A stretch of 64,000 nucleotides of DNA from Octopus sinensis (lineage: Eukaryota): positions 38,750,001 to 38,814,000 of the forward strand of contig NC_043009.1 of assembly GCF_006345805.1 (NCBI RefSeq). The letters run 5' to 3'. Position numbers and translations under genes: made by a program. Below, one piece after another: positions 41,524 through 55,543 of this stretch. Within the stretch, counting starts at the first letter, position 1. Every line of letters starts with the position of its first letter. The notes beneath the pieces are model-generated. The model searched no databases. It was not told where the DNA came from and saw nothing but the letters and a program-made list of their open reading frames with translations.

Positions 41524-41859
41524 TGTATGTATGTATGTATGTATGTATGTATGTATATGTATATGTATATATATATATATATCTAATTGAAAGCGCTTGA
41601 ACGTAAAGCCAAACACATTTTGTAAAATCTCTTCTCAAAGGTTAGTGTCTTTCGACTTTCTAAAAAGGTTCTTTTCCCAATCTTAACTCTTTTAGAAAAA
41701 ATTTTCCCTCAAAATATTATAACTGTATCAAGGAATTTCCCAAAGACTCCAAATGTACACACACACACACACACACACACACGTATATATATATATATGT
41801 GTTTTACTGTGTCTATTTCTATGCGTGTATGTGTGTGTATACATATACACATATATGTA

Positions 41860-41918
<59 letters not shown>

Positions 41919-42236
41919 TAGACGGAATTCTAAATAAGGTTATAGCCATAAACATAACACAACATATAAATACAGAAATGAATTCTTCAATAATTAATTT
42001 TTATAACTTCTGTTTCTTTCTCTCTTTTTTTTTCTTTTCCGATTGTTTGATTATATTTGTTGCTTTTTTTTTGAGCATTAAAATTACAATTAAACATTGA
42101 AAATGTTCCAATCTTTAATTTACAACAATTACACCAGCAATAACAAGAAATATATCTTTATTTTTTCTGTGTTTGTTTACTTTTATTGAAAGAAATATTA
42201 ATCAAACCTGTCTCTTTGAATTATAAGGGAAAGACA

Positions 42237-42620
42237 TACGGGCATGTGTCAGAAGTTTCTCAGACCAGGTTTTGTACATGTATGCTTCAGTAAATATTGT
42301 TTTGTTTTTATATATTATATATATTCGAGATCGTCTGTTTATGATGCAGTCTGTCTTGGAAAATACACAACGATCTCAACGCATTTTCTATTTCTCCAAA
42401 AGCACCATAGTTTTTTTTTTTTGTTAAAGGCGTCCAGTGCTGTTTTTCATTCAGTTTAAATATATATATACCGTCTTGGATGTTATGTAAGGTTCTTTCA
42501 ACTTCAATTTCATTTTGGGAGACAGCGTAATGTCATAGAATGCTTGGTGAATATGGAGGACGTGGTTCAACGCCATTTTTTTAACTCAAGAGGTGTTGAT
42601 GGATTGTTAGGCGCCTATCC
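42237..42620 (-). pseudogene. Mariner transposase 3' remnant
   Basis: Minus strand PRPPYSP..AFYDITLSPKMKLKLKE resembles PHPPYSPDLAPCDFFLFPKMK; KMR*DRCV; TIR-like end at 42237. Confidence 0.65.
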
Positions 42621-43426
42621 TAATCGAAGACGATACGAATCCCTTGCCATGTGATTAAAAATGAAGTATGCGCATTGTCTGACCTTTTGGTCGTCCCTGA
42701 TGCTCATCGACTTGAACTGATACTTGATTGATCTTAAAACGCCCATGGCATTAACATATAATAAAAAATAAAAGACAAACGAAGCAAAGATGTATTCCGG
42801 TTGCCGAGCTTTATGTAAATTGGATGTTAGAAAAATGCTCGAATTTAACAACCATTGTAAAAGCTGCAGCACCGTTCTGCCATTACGTTACAAAACCTCA
42901 TACCATAACTGAATACGTGTAAATAACATGAAGGCTATTTGTTGAGTGACACAGTAGCCCAGCTGCCAATGATCGTCAGCGGCGCACAAATTTCCGTTGA
43001 ACCGTGATAATCAGAGCGCGTGTAATCGGGAACTTTTCGATAACACCTCATATTAGTAAATGTAATCTAAGATACATCACATATGAAAAGCCAGAGGGGC
43101 TGTTCATGGCAAGAACAGTTAGTAAGAAAAAGTGTGTGTGAATGTGAGTGTGTGAATAAATATGTTATTGGTTGCAAGTGTTTTTATGAATATGTGAATG
43201 TATTAAATGAGCTTAATTATAAAATCATGGAGATTTCCTAATGGAAGAGTATCTAATTAATTTAATTAAGAACCTGGTCTGTTTTCTAAATGAGAGAAAT
43301 AGTTTGCTAATTATATCCCAGGTACAAACTACTCTGAAATAATTATGACCTACAAGTGGTAATCAAATGAACTTGTTTTCCACAAATATTATATCTATAT
43401 TTGATATTGGATTTTATTAAATTGTT

Positions 43427-43470
<44 letters not shown>

Positions 43471-43471
<1 letters not shown>

Positions 43472-44024
43472 CATACATGCCCTGATGCAGTACCAGGCAG
43501 TGGCTCTCATGGCTTCTGATCTTAACTGATTGGAAGTGTTATCATGTACATTGTTTTGTCTTGGTATAAAAGATGGGCTACAGCAAATATTCTGCTCAAA
43601 ACCACAGATTTGCTTGTCAGTTGTTTGACCTAACCAGTTGAGCATGTCCCTTAGTGGCTGACGATATGTGCATCTCTGATCACGAGCAGAAGTAGTGGGG
43701 AGCATCATACCATGTGTGAGAGGGATTCTTTGGGGTTTGAATAATTCACCTCTGGAGACATGGGGGGTTTTTCAACATCCTTAAACAACCCTTATTCAGG
43801 GACCTTTTGAGCGGGATGGGCTACTCAACCTGAAGAAAATTCTAAACTGGGCCCCACCTGCAAGGTCATGTGCAGTTTATCTGATATGAGATCACCATGC
43901 CGCGCCATATGTTGTGATGCATGTGCCTGGTGTACCTTATCAGACGGGTAGTCCATGATGGGTATATTGGGCTTCGTATATTTTACCCCAGTGTCATTTG
44001 ATGGCATGAACTGCTCTCTCACTC
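43471..44024. mobile_element. Unclassified ~550-bp element flanked on both sides by (TAA)n
   Basis: Near-identical partial copy at 44508-44821, also abutting (TAA)n. Confidence 0.75.
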
Positions 44025-44070
44025 AATAATAATAATGATAATAATAATAATAATAATGATGATGATGATG

Positions 44071-44130
<60 letters not shown>

Positions 44131-44368
44131 GCTTCAAATTTTGCCACAAGGGAAACAATTTGGGAGGAGGGGACTAGTCGACTACATCGACCTCAGTCTT
44201 CAACTGGCACTTGATTTATCAACCCCAAAAGGAGGAAAAGCAAAGTCGACCACGGTGATATTTGAACGCAGAACGTAAAGGTGGACGAAATGCTGTTAAG
44301 CATGTTTCCCGGCGAACTAACTAATGATAATAATAATAATAATAATGATGATGATGATGATGATGATG

Positions 44369-44407
<39 letters not shown>

Positions 44408-44437
44408 TAATAATAATAATAATAATAATGATGATGA

Positions 44438-44507
<70 letters not shown>

Positions 44508-44510
<3 letters not shown>

Positions 44511-44821
44511 TGCAGTACCAGGCAGTGGCTCTCATGGCTTCTGATCTTAACTGATTGGAAGTGTTATCATGTACATTGTTTTGTCTTGGTATAAAAGATG
44601 GGCTACAGCAAATATTCTGCTCAATACCACAGATTTGCTTGTCAGTTGTTTGACCTTAACCAGTTGAGCATGTCCCTTAGTGGCTGACGATATGTGCATC
44701 TCTGATCACGAGCAGAAGTAGTGGGGAAGCATCATAGCCATGTGTTGAGAGGGATTCTTTGGGGTTTGAATAATTCACCTCTGGAAACATGGGTGGTTCT
44801 TTCAACATCCTTAAACAACCC
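44508..44821. mobile_element. Truncated second copy of the (TAA)n-associated element
   Basis: Matches 43483-43791 with few differences. Confidence 0.75.
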
Positions 44822-45363
44822 TGAAATTGTTAGGGAGGTGTCTTAGTTTATTAGATCGACTTAATTTATCGACCTTTAAAGGATGAAAGGCAAAGTCGAC
44901 CTCTACGGAATTTGAACTCCGAGCGTAAAGCCGGATGAAAAGCAACGTACACATACTGGGGCACTGTCTAGAAGTGTTTAGTCGAACAAATCGACTCCCA
45001 GTAATTATTTTTTTAACCCTGAAAATATTCTAACGGTCTCTTCCCAAACAACTAAAGTATAGGGAGGTAAAGCGACAGGCGTTGATAGTGGACAAACGCA
45101 CACACATATAGAGTATATGTATACATACACAGACATACACGCACGCAGGCACACAGACACACACACATATATACATATATATATACATACATACATACCC
45201 CGTGTTTCTTTCAGTTTCTGTTTATCAAATCCACTCATAAGTCTTTGTTCGGCAAAGAATTATATATGAAACACTTGCTCAAGCTGCTAGGGTGTGAGAC
45301 TGAACTCAGAACCATGTGGTTGGGAAAGCAAACTTTTTACCACATAGCCATGCTTTCTCTTTT

Positions 45364-45502
<139 letters not shown>

Positions 45503-45520
45503 ACAAGAAAAGATTCCTAT

Positions 45521-45624
45521 ATATAACAAGAAAGAGATTCCTATAGAAAAATTTACCTTTTTCCAAAAATATGAAATTAGATTAATTTATTTTAATCTGC
45601 CATGCAACACAAAATTTTGTATAT

Positions 45625-45657
<33 letters not shown>

Positions 45658-45666
45658 GTATATACA

Positions 45667-45701
<35 letters not shown>

Positions 45702-45801
45702 CAAAATTTTGTGTTGCATGGCAGATTAAAATAAATTAATCTAATTTCATATTTTTGGAAAAAGGTAAATTTTTCTATAGGAATCTCTTTCTTGTTATAT
45801 A
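45521..45801. repeat. Essentially perfect ~100-bp inverted repeat with a (TA)n loop
   Basis: 45521-45622 is the reverse complement of 45698-45801. Confidence 0.9.
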
Positions 45802-46201
45802 CTCGTTCTTTAAGGCGCCAGTGTAGATCTGCCGAGAAGAGTGGAGGACTGGAAAGGTATCATTATCAATAGATCTAATTACTATAACAGACAAACTTTT
45901 TAGGGTACTTTTTAGCTAATTTGATCATATATTAACTATTTGCTTTAATGATGTTTGATAATGATATCTAATGTTATCGGCATGGTAATCAGGTAATTTT
46001 ACAAACTTTTGAATTTCACACTTGTCATTAATATATTTGACTATGGATGTTTATATGATATAATAATGCAGTCTCTTTGTCTCAAATCTATGTTTGATAT
46101 TACTCCTCAACATGTCAAGTATACATATATATATATATATATATGCATAGATAGATACACGCACACAAACACACGCATATACACACATGTATATATGTAT
46201 G

Positions 46202-46243
<42 letters not shown>

Positions 46244-46419
46244 GTGTGTGTGTGTGTGTGTGTGTGTATAAGTATGTATGTATGTATATATATATATCAC
46301 CATCATCATCACGTGACCGACCAGTCCTTCAGATGTAGTTACACATCGCTGGTCACAATGCGTTCGCATTGTTTTAGCCTTCCAATGACGCCACCCCGCT
46401 GGCTAAGCGAGCAGGCCAG

Positions 46420-46450
<31 letters not shown>

Positions 46451-47659
46451 ATATCTGCATGTATGTATCTGTGAGTATGTCTTCGAAAATCAATTAGAAA
46501 GAAGATGACTATGGCTGACTTCTTCGAAAACTCCTGCTTCTATATCCGGACTACAAATTTACATTTATACCAATAATAATAGGAACACTTGGTTTTGTAA
46601 GTAAACGCCTAACTGTCCATCAGGATAACCTTGAATTTTCAGAAAGAGAAATCAACCAACTGGTTTGCACATTACAAATGCAATCTGTAAGCGGAACAGT
46701 AAAACTATGCAAGACTTTTCTCAGGTTTAGCAACGTGACATTGTTTTCGTTATCTGAATTTCAACGATGAAGTTTTGTCTCACTGTTAAAAACCATATCC
46801 TTCTTCAAAGGAACAATTTGAATAATTAAATACAGAAGAGAAACATACATAGATACATAGATACATTCATTTATATACATACACACATGCATACATAGAT
46901 GTACACACACATACACACACATGCACACACTCACATAACGAGACGTATATCTGCTATGTACAGCGATATACACACGCACAGACAAGCTATAATATGTGAA
47001 AAAATATTTCTACCGCTTGTTATATAGATTATTATTTCTAATAAGTATTTTGTATTTCGTATACATTTCTTGCTTTTTCTGTGTAAATAAAAATTTTGCT
47101 GTTATTTTTGTTATTGGTTACCTCTTTCTTTTCTTTCTTTTTCTTTCTTTCTTTTTTTTTTTTTGATGTCTGCTCGTAATTTACGTCATAATTAATGTCT
47201 TACTCATTTGGCAATCAATTATAAACAAAGTTCTTTTTACAAAAATTTTTCTGCTTCTTTAATTTGTGAAAGGCATCTACAAGATTTCAATCGATTTTTA
47301 TCACCTGTGTTCATATCATTTCCACAATTTACCATCAAAATATGCTTCCTTCATCAAACACCATACAACACACGTCACACATAGTTAATAAGATATTATA
47401 TACAGAGTTGTTGTTCATTAAGTAAAGCTTTCTTATTATATGTTGAGTAGTGTATGGACTTGGGGACCGCGTATATCACAGAACTACAAATCCCTGGTCT
47501 CTTTCTCTATCTCGCTCCGTGTGTGTGTGCATATATATATATATATATGTGTGTATATATGTGTGTGTGTGTGTGTGTGTGTATGTATATGTGTGTGTGT
47601 TTGTGTATGTATGTAAATTCAGAGTCCAGACACGTTTTTTCACTAGTCTTTCCATTTAC

Positions 47660-47754
47660 TTCTTTCTCTCATCCCTTTCTGTCGAAGAGCGTAGGCTCAA
47701 CACATCAAAGACATCCATTTTTCCCGAGCGTGAAACAAATATACGTACATGCAT

Positions 47755-47789
<35 letters not shown>

Positions 47790-48272
47790 GTTGAAATTTA
47801 TAGAAAACAAAAGACGAAGATAGGTGTAAGAACAGCAAGCAGGTATATTAGTTTAACCCCATGAGAACGCCTCCTCTAGCTGGTTATCGATGGAATCTGC
47901 ACCCGATATATAGTGCAAGCAGGAGAGCGAACTCCTACCATCTAGCGACTTGATAGGATCACAAGAGCGGCTAGTTTCGGGCTATTTTTGTCCATCCTCA
48001 GTGGTGGATATCTGTCCGCTAAAGATAGCAGTACTTCTTTCCAGCTCGCAATATATAGAAAAATAAGTGACAATCAGCCACTAATCTTGCAACAAGCGAA
48101 GTAGTTAGTTAGAAAATCTCTATAAAAGATGGGAGTATAACTATACTGAGAAGTATTGTTTGTCGCCACTTCAACATGGCTGTTCTGTACGAACCGACGT
48201 CACTACCATTTTTTTAACCCCAAGATGACGCTTCCTCTATATGTTTATCGATGCAATCTGTACCGGATATTG
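47660..48272. mobile_element. Cluster of Penelope-like terminal fragments (two HHR-like motifs and a direct repeat)
   Basis: + strand cttt CTGTCGA agagc gtag gctc aaca catc aaag (47675-47710); inverted 3' piece 47790-47860; minus strand CTGAGGA tggac aaaaata gccc GAAA CTAG (~47971-48001); diverged direct repeat at ~47853-47908 and ~48215-48270. Confidence 0.55.
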
Positions 48273-49354
48273 CAAACATATATGTCTGTATATGTATAAG
48301 TACACATATATGTGTATGTGTGTGTGTGTACGAAAGCGTGTATGTCTATGTATATGTGATGTGTGTGTGTGTTCTGTGTGTGTAATCGAAACTTACAAAA
48401 ATAGAGGCTAAAGTATTACACTACGTCCGCCATCTGGAGTTCACATGTTTATATAAAGGTCTAAGTTAAACTCACACTAAGTTTTGTTATTTTATAAACA
48501 TAACGGTTTATGTTACTTAATGTACAATATTTTCTTTCCTCAACTTGAGAAAAGTAAGTCTACCGCTACTACTGTGGAAATTATCTGAGAAAAATAATTA
48601 AATGAGTAGGAAGAAAAACATGGCAAAATTACTTAATTAACATCATTAGTTAATTGTTAATACAATTCGATAATTGTCGAAAGAACATATATTATTTCCA
48701 AATAAGCAAAAGAAAATTATCCAATTAAGTAATCAGAGAGAAAATTCTGTATGGTTGCCCCAACAACTAGAAATAGCAGCTATTCAAAACCACAGAAGAT
48801 TGTCAACTTCGCTTACTTTCGCTTTAAAATTTAATATTTGGTATCAAAATGTTCGTCGCATCAAATACATCTGAATGGTAACAGTCTTTATGTAGTTTCT
48901 TATGGCTAATATATGTATTTCACGCTGCAATTATTTTAGTTTTAAAGCACGATATCAGATCACATCACTTGACGTCAAGTGCATCTCCGATTTAAATACA
49001 CACACGCGAACACACAAAGAGATATATATCTTATTTGAGTATTAAGGTTACCATTGGTTTCATATAAGAATGTCTTAGCAATTTTTCAAGACGATCATAT
49101 AGAAAAGTTTATGTTTGTCCCCACTTTGGATAAAAATACCAAATTGGATACGAACACTGATTTTCCTATGTGATCGGCTTCAAGAATTCTTGAGATCTTT
49201 TCGTAACATGAAACCAATTATAGCCTTAATGCACAAATAAAGAATATTTAGCCACAAATGAAGCGTCGAGTGCTCATCCTCATTGTTCAATATTTTACAC
49301 ACATGACCCATCTGTCCGGCAGTCGCCATGATAGATCGGTAGCCACTACACACA

Positions 49355-49498
49355 TTTTTTTCTCTCCTTGTTTCTTTCTGTGGAAGACCGTAGGCTCGAA
49401 ATATAAAAGACTTTTTTCAATTCCCGAGCGTTATACTAATACATCTGTTTGTTTTCTACACCACCTGTCTTCGTCTTTTGATTTTTTCGTGAATTCTC

Positions 49499-49502
<4 letters not shown>
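49355..49502 (+). mobile_element. (TA)n-anchored Penelope-like terminal fragment with an HHR-like motif (49373-49410)
   Basis: tcttt CTGTGGA agacc gtag gctc GAAA ta TA aaaga; ends gtgaattctcccc(ta)n like the 15815 copy. Confidence 0.7.
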
Positions 49503-49556
<54 letters not shown>

Positions 49557-49624
49557 CTATATGTATATATATACATATATACATATATATGGACGTATAT
49601 GTATATATATATATGTATATACGT

Positions 49625-49710
<86 letters not shown>

Positions 49711-50243
49711 GTGTGTGTTTGTGTAACTTTAGTTTCAAATTGCAGACAACTAGATTTTAGATATATAGCATATGAAAATCTAAAATAATAAAAACAAAAA
49801 TGGTGTTGCTTACTATATTCTAAAGCGATTAATTGTACTAAAATTTTCTGAGAAGCGTTTTCATATACACTAAGTATAACTAAGTGCTTCTATGATAATT
49901 ATAACATTTCAGTCTAACAAACGTAATAACACTGCCAAAAGTGAGTAAATGACTTCAATTATTTTTCTGTCAGTTGTATACACTGTATACGTATGTGAGT
50001 GTGTTTGTGTGCATGTGTGCGTGTATCATATATATATATGCAGTCACTCTAATTTTTCTTGTTCATTTTTTCCTTTTCCTTATAGTAGAATTGTTACAAT
50101 CACTAAAGAAAGAACAGAAAAATATAGAAAAAAAATGTGGTACTTGACTTCGTCTCTTTATATTCCTAGTTCAAATTCTCTTGGGTTTTGAGTTTTTAAC
50201 CTTTCATTCTCAATGAGTTGAATAATCCTGGTTGAATTACAAT

Positions 50244-50244
<1 letters not shown>

Positions 50245-50287
<43 letters not shown>

Positions 50288-50362
50288 GCTGCTGCTGTGC
50301 TGCTGCTGCTGTTGCCGCCACCACCACCACCATCACCACCACCACCACCACCACCACCACCA

Positions 50363-50431
<69 letters not shown>

Positions 50432-50522
50432 TGTTGCCGCCACCACCACCATTACCACCACCACCACCACCACCACCACCGCCACCACCACCACCACCAC
50501 CACCACCACCACCACCACCACC

Positions 50523-50569
<47 letters not shown>

Positions 50570-50570
50570 G
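50245..50570. repeat. Mosaic trinucleotide microsatellite (CTA/CTG/CCA)
   Basis: Direct inspection. Confidence 0.95.
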
Positions 50571-50994
50571 CACGTACATACATGTTTTATATTTTATCGC
50601 TTGCTTCAGTCATTGGACTGCGGCAATGCTGGAGCAATGTCTCCATGGTATGTTTTTGGTCGAAGAAATCGCTCCAACGTACTTATTTTAGTACCAACAT
50701 TAGGTCCAGTACATATTCTTCCGTTCCTACTGCCGAACTGTTAAGTAATTGGGACGTAAACGAACCAACACCAGTCGGCAAACGTGGTGGTGGTGCATGT
50801 CAAACAAAAAATGTCCGTCTACCAAATTCCCTAATAAATCATTTGGTTGGCCCGGGGGCCATTAGTCTTTATTAGTTGAGATTAGATCAACTGCTCACAT
50901 CCCTCAAATACATTTTGGGAAGGGGAGGACACAGTTGTATAACCTCCCGCCAAGTATTTGACTGGTGTTATTTCATCGAAGAAGAATAAAATCA

Positions 50995-51218
50995 TTGCAG
51001 CGTGGATGGTGTTTGTAAGCCATTTAAGAAACACACAAAAGCCGTTCGATTCACTTCAACAGTTAAGTTTAATTTGTCAAAATATTTTCGTCGCTTTAAG
51101 ACCGCGACCTGTTGTTCACTGACAAAAATCCGTGCTGCATCTTCCACGCTGCAATTGTTTTCGTTTCAGCACACGATCTCAGATCAAATCACTTGCTAAG
51201 CAAGTACATCTCCGTAAA
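50995..51218. mobile_element. 224-bp insertion with a TSD, an internal inversion and a variant HHR (51073-51126, minus)
   Basis: 13-bp TSD aagaataaaatca at 50982 and 51219; attgcagcgtgga / tccacgctgcaat overlap marks the inversion; tttgtca GTGAACA acag gtcgc ggtcttaaa gcgac GAAA atat TT tgacaaa. Confidence 0.7.
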
Positions 51219-51477
51219 AAGAATAAAATCAAAATACAGATTTCAACTAAGGGCGTAAAAGAAAACGAGTGACAAAGTAAAGGAAAATATTTCCGTCACG
51301 ATCTGTCTGTCTGATTGCTTGTCAATTTGTATGTCTGTCTGCCTATATGTCTAGCTGTCTGTCTGTCTTTATTTCTACATATCTAACTGCTTACTTATCC
51401 CTATCACTCTGTCCTGCTATCTCTATCAATCTCTACTATCCTATATAATTAGAGAGTATATATGAATATTATATATA

Positions 51478-51599
51478 TCACATGTTTCGAGGTTCAGTCC
51501 CACTGTATAGCACCTTGAGCAAGTGTCTTATACTATAGCCTAGGGCCGACCAAAGCTTTGTGAGTGGATTTGGTAGGCGGAAACTGAAAGAACCTGTCA

Positions 51600-51632
<33 letters not shown>

Positions 51633-51845
51633 TTGTGTGTTTGTGTCTGTGTTTGTCTCCCCACCATCGCTTGATAACCGATGTTGGTGTGTTTATGTCT
51701 CCGAGACTTAGCGGTTCGGCAAAAGATAGAATAAGTACCAGGCTTACAAAGGATAAGTCCAGGGGTTGATTTCTTCGACTAAAATGGCAGTGCTCCAGCA
51801 TTGTCACAGTCAAAATGACTGAAACCATTAAAAGAATAAAAGAAT
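51478..51845 (+). mobile_element. Group B SINE (5'-truncated)
   Basis: Homology to 59159. Confidence 0.88.
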
Positions 51846-53049
51846 ATAATATAAATATATATATACGCGCACCCAGTCATAGAAACGCTTACACATGTAG
51901 AATGATGCATAAATGCATGCATTCACAGACACTCATACACAGACACAGACAGACACACACACACACAGGCACATACACACACACATGCATAATCAGATAT
52001 ACATACTAAATATAATTTCTACTAGCGTGCCCATCAGATTATCATTCACTGGAAACACTCAATACTTCACACTGTAAATTATCTATAAACAGTATAAATT
52101 CTGTCACACATATTGCATGGTCTGACATTTTGAAAGATGTTCATATCACCCACCACCCAGACATCCACACAGATATGTATACACGCACAGAAAGCAAGAA
52201 TTAGGAATCCATTCCGTAAGGAAGGATACTTTTGTAACCAACCGTAAATAACAACTTTAACTAGATATACGTGTGTTCATCAAGCGAAAATGGTGAGGTA
52301 ACGGTTGACTGTGTGAAATGCCAAATAATGTCTATTAAATTATAAGGATGAAGGCCAAATACGCTTAATCATACGCTGGTCTAATTTCTTAAGTTTCAAA
52401 CTTAAGAGATTCGAATCAGTCACTATGATATGATTGACGTTGAATTGTTGTTACAGCGTACACATCCTCAATAGCAACAACAGCAATAACACCAACAGCT
52501 GCATCAACAACATTGTTCGTTTAGAGACTCTTAATTGGCTACTTTGAGACGTTTCTGGAATAGTGCTTGTACAAATGTTGTCAGTGATAGTAACATACTG
52601 AAAATTATATTAAAATAAACGTTCTACATACACATACAGATACAATATTTGGACTTACTGTCTATGTTGTAATCTGGGTGTTTCGAGTCTTTTAACAAAC
52701 ACCCACTTCCAGTCGACCTGACCTAGGTTGATGATGTCCAGATCTCGACAGATTCAAGCGCGGTTCTCCAACGTTACTGATCTCCGTTTTGTAGATAGAT
52801 CCATCAAGGTGCTATCTCGGCAGCTTATATGTTGTTGTTTATGATTCTTCTGTGAAGTTACAATAGCAACAACTGTATCAATAACATTGTTTGTTTAAAG
52901 ACACTTTCGCTACTATGGTTCATAATCCTGATGCAAATGTTGTCAGTGATAGGAACATAAAAATATACAAAAATAAATGTAAATATATATATATATAAAT
53001 ATAATTACAAAATTAAAATAGACATCTCTGTTTTAATTGGAAAACAAAA

Positions 53050-53802
53050 AGCTTTTTCTCCCACTTATTCCGTCGGGTAGGGTTTTGGGGGTCGTGAGGT
53101 CGTGGGGGAAAAGACTTCCATCGGGTCGTGTCTAAAGCAACCACCTCCGATTGATCTGGTTGGATCACCGAGCGAAACCAACCGGGCTCATGGATTTTAT
53201 CTAACAGTCTTGCTCGTGGCCTAAGTATCTTGCCGGTTGATTTCGCCCTTCTGGCGATGAGATTTTGACCTCACTTGCGAAACGTGGGATAAACGCATAA
53301 AGTTTACGTGTCTTCAACAAAATAGAAAAAAAAACTGTTCTCATTTTATTATCAGCGAAAATTTCATCGTATTTGGCTTGAAAATTTACATATCAACTGC
53401 GAGCTTAATCTCTCCTAATTGAACGGGATTGTAAATTTTCTAAGACATTATCTAATACCACATGACTCTACAGAGTCCCATTTTTATATTTTCATTCCCA
53501 CCGACGTGTTCTTCAAATCACAATCCTTTTATTCCCCATTTGTTATCTTCTTTTAACTATAGCTTTCTTTCTCCATTCTCATCGTGAATTTGCAAGTAAT
53601 CTCTATAACATCTGTCAAGATTGCAAAATCCCCCACACGTTAAGATATTCTGCAATAGCGACTTAACTATACAAACATCTTCAGTAGTTCTGTTATTAAA
53701 TATTTCAAAGACAGGTCGACAACCACATTCTTGTCGTATTCTTGTTCTATCAATGTCAAGCAACCATTCATAAAATCCAGGTTCTTTATAATTTATAAAC
53801 AC
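53050..53802 (-). pseudogene. Decayed non-LTR (RTE-like) reverse transcriptase and 3' end
   Basis: IRQECGCRP..RTTEDVCIVKSLLQN..GFCNLDRCYRD resembles EQCGFRP.RSTTD.IF.VRQL.EK..FVDLEKAYD; VALDTTRWKS near 53130 resembles A.DR..WR. Confidence 0.45.
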
Positions 53803-54104
53803 ATAAGAAATGCTGCTTCCTTCTTAACGAGATTAATAAAATAGTACGATAAAATATTTATACAACGTTAAAATACTGCGCAGCAAATTCATGTTCAGTC
53901 ACTTAAAATATTGAACTTGATCCTGCGCTAGAATAATTCTCACATAAAACATGTATCAAATAGAAACATTCTCATAAAATGCAGTTAAATAAATACGTTA
54001 GGTAATTACTTACATCATTATATAACAACGATATATTCTCAGACTGTAACCTTTTGTTTCAAGCAATTATTCTATGCAAACCTATTGACTTTTTTCTTTT
54101 AGCT

Positions 54105-54510
54105 TTTCCTCTTACTTGTTTCAGTCACTTGACAGCGACCATGCTGGAGCACTGCCTTGAATTTTTCTTTTTCTTTAGTCGAACAAATCGACCCTAGGAC
54201 ATACATTTTTAAAGCCTTATACTTATCCTATCCGTCTCGTTTTGCTGAACTGCTAGGTTACGGGGACGTAAACGCACCAACACCAGCTGTCAAGTAGTAG
54301 TAGGAGACAAACACAGACACAAATACACACACACACATACATATACATACACACACATATACACAACAGGCTTCTTTCAGTTTCCGCCTACCAAATCTAC
54401 ACACAAGGCTTTGGTCAGCCGAAGGCTATAATAGAAGGCATCACCCCAAAGTGCCGCGCAATGGGACTGAACATGGAACCATGTGGTCTGGAAGTAAGCT
54501 TCTCACCATA
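54105..54510 (-). mobile_element. Group B SINE
   Basis: Reverse-complement homology to 59159. Confidence 0.88.
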
Positions 54511-54700
54511 CAACTCTTTCTTTCATCACCTCTTTTACATTTTACTCTAGATTTCGCCACCATCCATTCCACCATCTAGGTTCGTTTCCTTTTCTCAAAG
54601 TTCAGTCTTTTCTATATCTACACCACAAATAGTTACAAGTTCCTGTCTCATAAAACAACGGTGAAGTATCTTTGCAATAACAATGATACAATATTACGAA

Positions 54701-54930
54701 AGGCGGCGAGCTGGCAGAACCGTTAGCACGCCGGGCGAAATGCGTAGCCGTATTTCGTCTGCCGTTACATTCTGAGTTCAAATTCCGCCGAACTCAACTT
54801 TGCTTTTCATCCTTTCAGGGTCGATAAATTAAGTACCAGTTAGGCACTGTTGTCGATGTAATCGATTTAATCCGTTTGTCTGTCCTTGTTTGTCCCCTCT
54901 GTATTTAGCCCCTGTGGGTAGTAAAGAAAC
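54701..54930 (+). mobile_element. Group C SINE
   Basis: TSD gatacaatattacga at 54685 and 54932. Confidence 0.93.
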
Positions 54931-55136
54931 AGATACAATATTACGATGTAGTAGTTGGTTGTATTGAAGCCTCTGTGGTGAATTGGTAGTCACCGAGGTT
55001 AACTTTATTTTTCGTTCTGTCGGACTCGACATAACAATCACTAACGATGGGCAGCAGATCGGCGGAACTGTGACAATGCCCAACTGAATGCCTTGCAGTA
55101 GGTATTCTGGCCTTTTGTATTCCGACTTTAGATACC

Positions 55137-55365
55137 TATTTCTTTACTACCCACAAGGAGCGAAACACAGAGAGGCCAAACAAGGACAAACAAACGGACT
55201 AAGTCGATTATATCGACCCCAGCGCATAATTGGTACTTATTTAATCGACCCCGAACGGATGAAAGGCAAAGTCGACCTCGGCGGGATTTGAACTCAGAAC
55301 GTAACGGCAGACGAAATACGGCTACGCATTTCGCCCAGCGTGCTAACGTTTCTGCCAGCTCGCCG
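55137..55365 (-). mobile_element. Group C SINE
   Basis: TSD cgactttagatacc at 55123 and 55364. Confidence 0.93.
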
Positions 55366-55543
55366 ACTTTAGATACCGCTTTAACTTATTTGGGTGGCAT
55401 AATCAATCTGTCACTCGATTTAACACCTGGAAACTCGAGCGCCTTTAGCAGAGCCCACTCTGTTGTAAGCATTCGGATCAAGTATCTCGTCTGAAAATGC
55501 ATCACTATCCAAGGTCTCTCCCACCGCTCTCAGAGGACCTGTA

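Noticed and set aside
53557-53802. 81-aa ORF as a host exon
   Set aside because: No convincing splice acceptor; better explained as a decayed LINE RT segment
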